Shown: piece by piece, positions 60,852 to 64,000 of the stretch
Position numbering within the stretch: position 1 is the first letter of the stretch
How the letters are laid out: each line of letters opens with the position of its first letter
Assembly (NCBI GenBank): GCA_973895155.1
Contig: OZ316895.1
Span: forward strand, 21,712,558-21,776,557
Reading direction: 5' to 3'
Source of the DNA: Marsupella aquatica
Taxonomy: Eukaryota > Plantae > Marchantiophyta
DNA: 64,000 nucleotides
Made by a program: the position numbers and the translations under genes
Notes under the pieces: generated by a model
The model's input: only the letters and a program-made list of their open reading frames with translations
What the model was told of the DNA's origin: nothing
Databases searched by the model: none

Positions 60852-62317
60852 AAAGATGGAGACTCGCAAATCTTCAAAAGCACTGCTGCAATGTTGCAGT
60901 CTGTTGGCTTTGGAGAGTCTTGGTTGATGACGTCTGTCATGTTGAATACAGAAAACCTTGTGGGCGAATGCTCCATCTTTCCAAGCAGGTTCCTCAATTC
61001 TCTAACACCCTTCCAATCATGAGAACTATCCCAACCGCCAAATTGTGAAGCGATTTCTGGCTCTGTACTTAGCAGCTCGTACTTCTCGAGACGCACGGAT
61101 TGGCAGTCTCTGAATTGGAGTTGCATCTGTGAAACTCACAGGTCGGCAGGGAAAAGTATATTCAAGGGGTTGAGTTCCAGTTTCGTCGCCGCTCTGGAAA
61201 CAGTCCTGCTAATTTGCTGCCTTTCTCTCAGAATTAAATATATATCGATGTGTTCAGAGTTGATTTCAATCTACATTCGTGACAGATTCCAGGATTTGTG
61301 AGCGACTTCGACCTTCATTCGTGGGGAAGTGGAACTAGACTTCTTGTTTCCGTCCACTAGCTCTACTCCTCCCGCAACGATCGACCAATGAAGGTTTTTT
61401 CCAAACACACTCTACAATTGCTTCTTCCTTGTGAGCCTCTTGCGATATCGTTCTGCGCTTTTGTAGCAAGTCGGAAAATTGTATTTCGGGTACAGGACTA
61501 ATCGCGAGTTTGAATAGAAGCGAGGCGATAAACATTCTTATGCGTAGTTGAATTGCAGATTTCGTTTGTGGTTCTAGTCACAGTAGATGAGCGGTGTACT
61601 AGAATGGCTATGAAGAAGGACGATGCAAAAATTAAGCCGCCGATACTCTGCACAATTCTTCTGCATTCCTTAGGTTCCAATTCGTGCTTTTTGGTTGAAT
61701 GTGTTAGTTCTGTGTTTTGAGTGACGGCATATAATGTTTATCCAGTTGACCCTCGTGGAGAAGATGAGCTTCCACATCGCTTCTGTAATTGAGCAAAGTG
61801 GGCTCACGTTTTGAGTGAGAGACGCTACGGCCGGGGATCGTCCATCTGCAGGCCACTTCGGAAGTGATCCTCCACGGCCACCTAGCACGTTGGACTTGAG
61901 GAGGCAATTGGGATCGAGGGAGCTCCTCGCCGGGTACAGACACGAAAGAAACTCTCCATGGCGGTATCCACATGAAAGGCATCATCAATCAAGAACGATA
62001 GGTCGGATTAGAATGGGATCGACTCATCAACCAGATATTTGCAGCTTGTGCCTCCATAGCAACCTCGAAAGTAAGTGTGAATGGGAGGTAGGCTGCCGAC
62101 TGTAGTAATCAAAGCCCAGCTGATGGATTTCCCCTTCACCACGGGAGGATCGAAGGAGCCGGTCTTCTGGATTCACGCCCAACTTTCTGAGATGATGACT
62201 CGAGGAGTAGCACCAGTATTTCCGGATAGGTAGAGCTCACCACGTCTAGATTTCCGGGCTCATGATCTGAATAGTTCATTCGCCGGAAACGTCTATCGAG
62301 TTTGGCGGAAGCGATTG

Positions 62318-63889
62318 ATGGGTAATTGCCTCTGCACCTATAATCGACCAGCAGCAATCGGCACAGACACTTCCCAAGCCCTGATCCTGGTCGTGGGCAA
62401 CGATGCAGAATACAAGTCTCGTGTCGCACAGGACCTCGCAGAGGCTCGTGGCGCGACAGAAAAGCACGTCAACAAGGCCGGGGTTCGGTGTTTCGCCAGA
62501 AACGCTTCCCCCGCAGAACCTGTGGTGATGGAGACTGCTCCCTTGAAGACTGTCCCGGGTTTGTCCCGGGTGGACACTGCGAGAGTCTGGATCTCACAGA
62601 ATTCCCTGAGACAGCTTTCGGGACAGGTTGTGTTTGTGGTTTGCGTCATAGGGTCGACCGATGCCGATGAAATCTCCAGGGAGCCGAGTTTCACGAAAAA
62701 CCAATTCTGCTGGTTGCATGCGTTGGCGCATGTTTTTGAAAAGAACAAAAATGAGATCCTGATCATGGTTAAGTCGGAGGACAGCACTGACGATGCGTTC
62801 AAGCAGAAATTCCTGCAGGTCCTGAAAAGGGATGGATTCCGATGCGAAGAAAACATCATCTTCGTCAAGTCGAAGAAAGCATATCTCAATTCTCCTATCG
62901 TCAAAACGTTACTGCAATCTCATGTTGATGAGAGAATAATTGAACACAGGATCGAGGCAATGCCCCCTTTCCGTTTGCCAATGGTGGCACGGGATGGTAC
63001 CGGCTGGTTTGGGCCATGGGGTCCTGAGAACGTGATGCTTTTCGGGATTTCAGGCAGTGGAAAGTCCACACTGGCCAAGATGCTCACGACAGGGAGGCTA
63101 GACGGAGTCGATTCTCTCTCCACCAAATTTTCCACGAGCTCAGGTATGAGGGGAGAAACGAAGAAGGTCATTGTAGGGCAAGGGAGAGGGTGGTGTGTTG
63201 TCGACACTCCGGGGCTCGGAGAGTCGAACGAGGATGCAAAGAGCGGCGTATCAACAGACAGAGCGGGCAAATTGATCAAAGAGTACGTGATGTTGGCCCA
63301 AGGAGTTTACAGCCACTTCATCTTCGTCATTAAGAAGGAAAGGGTGAGCGAGTCCGATACGGCATTGTGGAGAATCTTCAACACAATGTTCCACGCAGAG
63401 GGGGTTGAAAACCACATGACTGTTGTGGTTTCCGGTGCAGATCAAATATGGGTTGACGAAAACATCAGTCATTTGAAGAAGTGTTTCGAAGGCTGTCACA
63501 GTTTTTTGCCTGCAGAATTCCCTTCAATGGAGCCGGATGTGCATTGTGACGAGGAAGCGGAGAGAGAGCTCCAAGAAGAGCTTCAGAACACGAGACTGCA
63601 GTCCTTGAAGGCGCTCGAGGAAGATCTCGCCAGCCTTTGTCGATTGGATGTGTCTTGCAGATTGGGAAAGTGGTCGCTCGGTACTCAACGGAGTTTGATA
63701 GCTCGCGATGAGGACGAATCCTTCTCGTACGGGGCTCATATGCGCCAAAATGCTGTCTTCGGACCGTCAGCCGGAAAACCACAGCCATCTGACTACGAAA
63801 CAGCCAGGACCATCATCAGATTCAAGTCCTTAACGACCCCAACCTTTCTCCCTGGGGAGAAATTAGTGGTTTCTCCGTGTAGAAAATAG
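62318..63889 (+). CDS. Gene C: intronless N-acylated pseudoGTPase + AIG1/GIMAP-type GTPase, paralog of gene B's N-terminal half, without the C-terminal module
   Basis: MGNCLC start, GISGSGKST, DTPG, HFIFV...TVVVSGAD. Collinear with 41411-42975 with long identical stretches; stop after PTFLPGEKLVVSPCRK. Confidence 0.88.
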   Translation: MGNCLCTYNRPAAIGTDTSQALILVVGNDAEYKSRVAQDLAEARGATEKHVNKAGVRCFARNASPAEPVVMETAPLKTVPGLSRVDTARVWISQNSLRQLSGQVVFVVCVIGSTDADEISREPSFTKNQFCWLHALAHVFEKNKNEILIMVKSEDSTDDAFKQKFLQVLKRDGFRCEENIIFVKSKKAYLNSPIVKTLLQSHVDERIIEHRIEAMPPFRLPMVARDGTGWFGPWGPENVMLFGISGSGKSTLAKMLTTGRLDGVDSLSTKFSTSSGMRGETKKVIVGQGRGWCVVDTPGLGESNEDAKSGVSTDRAGKLIKEYVMLAQGVYSHFIFVIKKERVSESDTALWRIFNTMFHAEGVENHMTVVVSGADQIWVDENISHLKKCFEGCHSFLPAEFPSMEPDVHCDEEAERELQEELQNTRLQSLKALEEDLASLCRLDVSCRLGKWSLGTQRSLIARDEDESFSYGAHMRQNAVFGPSAGKPQPSDYETARTIIRFKSLTTPTFLPGEKLVVSPCRK

Positions 63890-64000
63890 GGAGAGCAGGC
63901 TAATCCCTCGCTATAGAGCTAAGAGAAAAATGAGGGACAGTAGACAAATCCCTCAAGTGCTCTTCCAAATACGTGATCCTGGGAGTACTCCATTAGTGAG

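Overview
Eukaryotic, intron-rich land-plant DNA, most likely a bryophyte or liverwort (inferred from gene content). Left half: a 2-oxoglutarate/Fe(II) dioxygenase (minus strand, runs off the window) and a ~12 kb multi-exon strumpellin/WASHC5 gene (minus). The right half holds a mix-and-match cluster of four immune-like genes. Gene D (minus) is an alpha/beta-hydrolase alone. Gene A (plus, head-to-head with D) is a hydrolase spliced to an unrecognised three-part C-terminal module. Gene B is an N-acylated pseudoGTPase+AIG1-type GTPase carrying the same module. Gene C is the same GTPase without the module. Between B and C is a 9 kb nested insertion: two head-to-tail non-autonomous Helitrons, the second containing a MULE with long TIRs and a 10-bp TSD. 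The MULE has a decayed transposase and, in the mudrB position, a convergent ORF with an RNase H1 hybrid-binding (Cauli_VI) domain. SINEs, MITEs and tandem repeats fill the rest. Exon boundaries were read by eye and no database searches were run.
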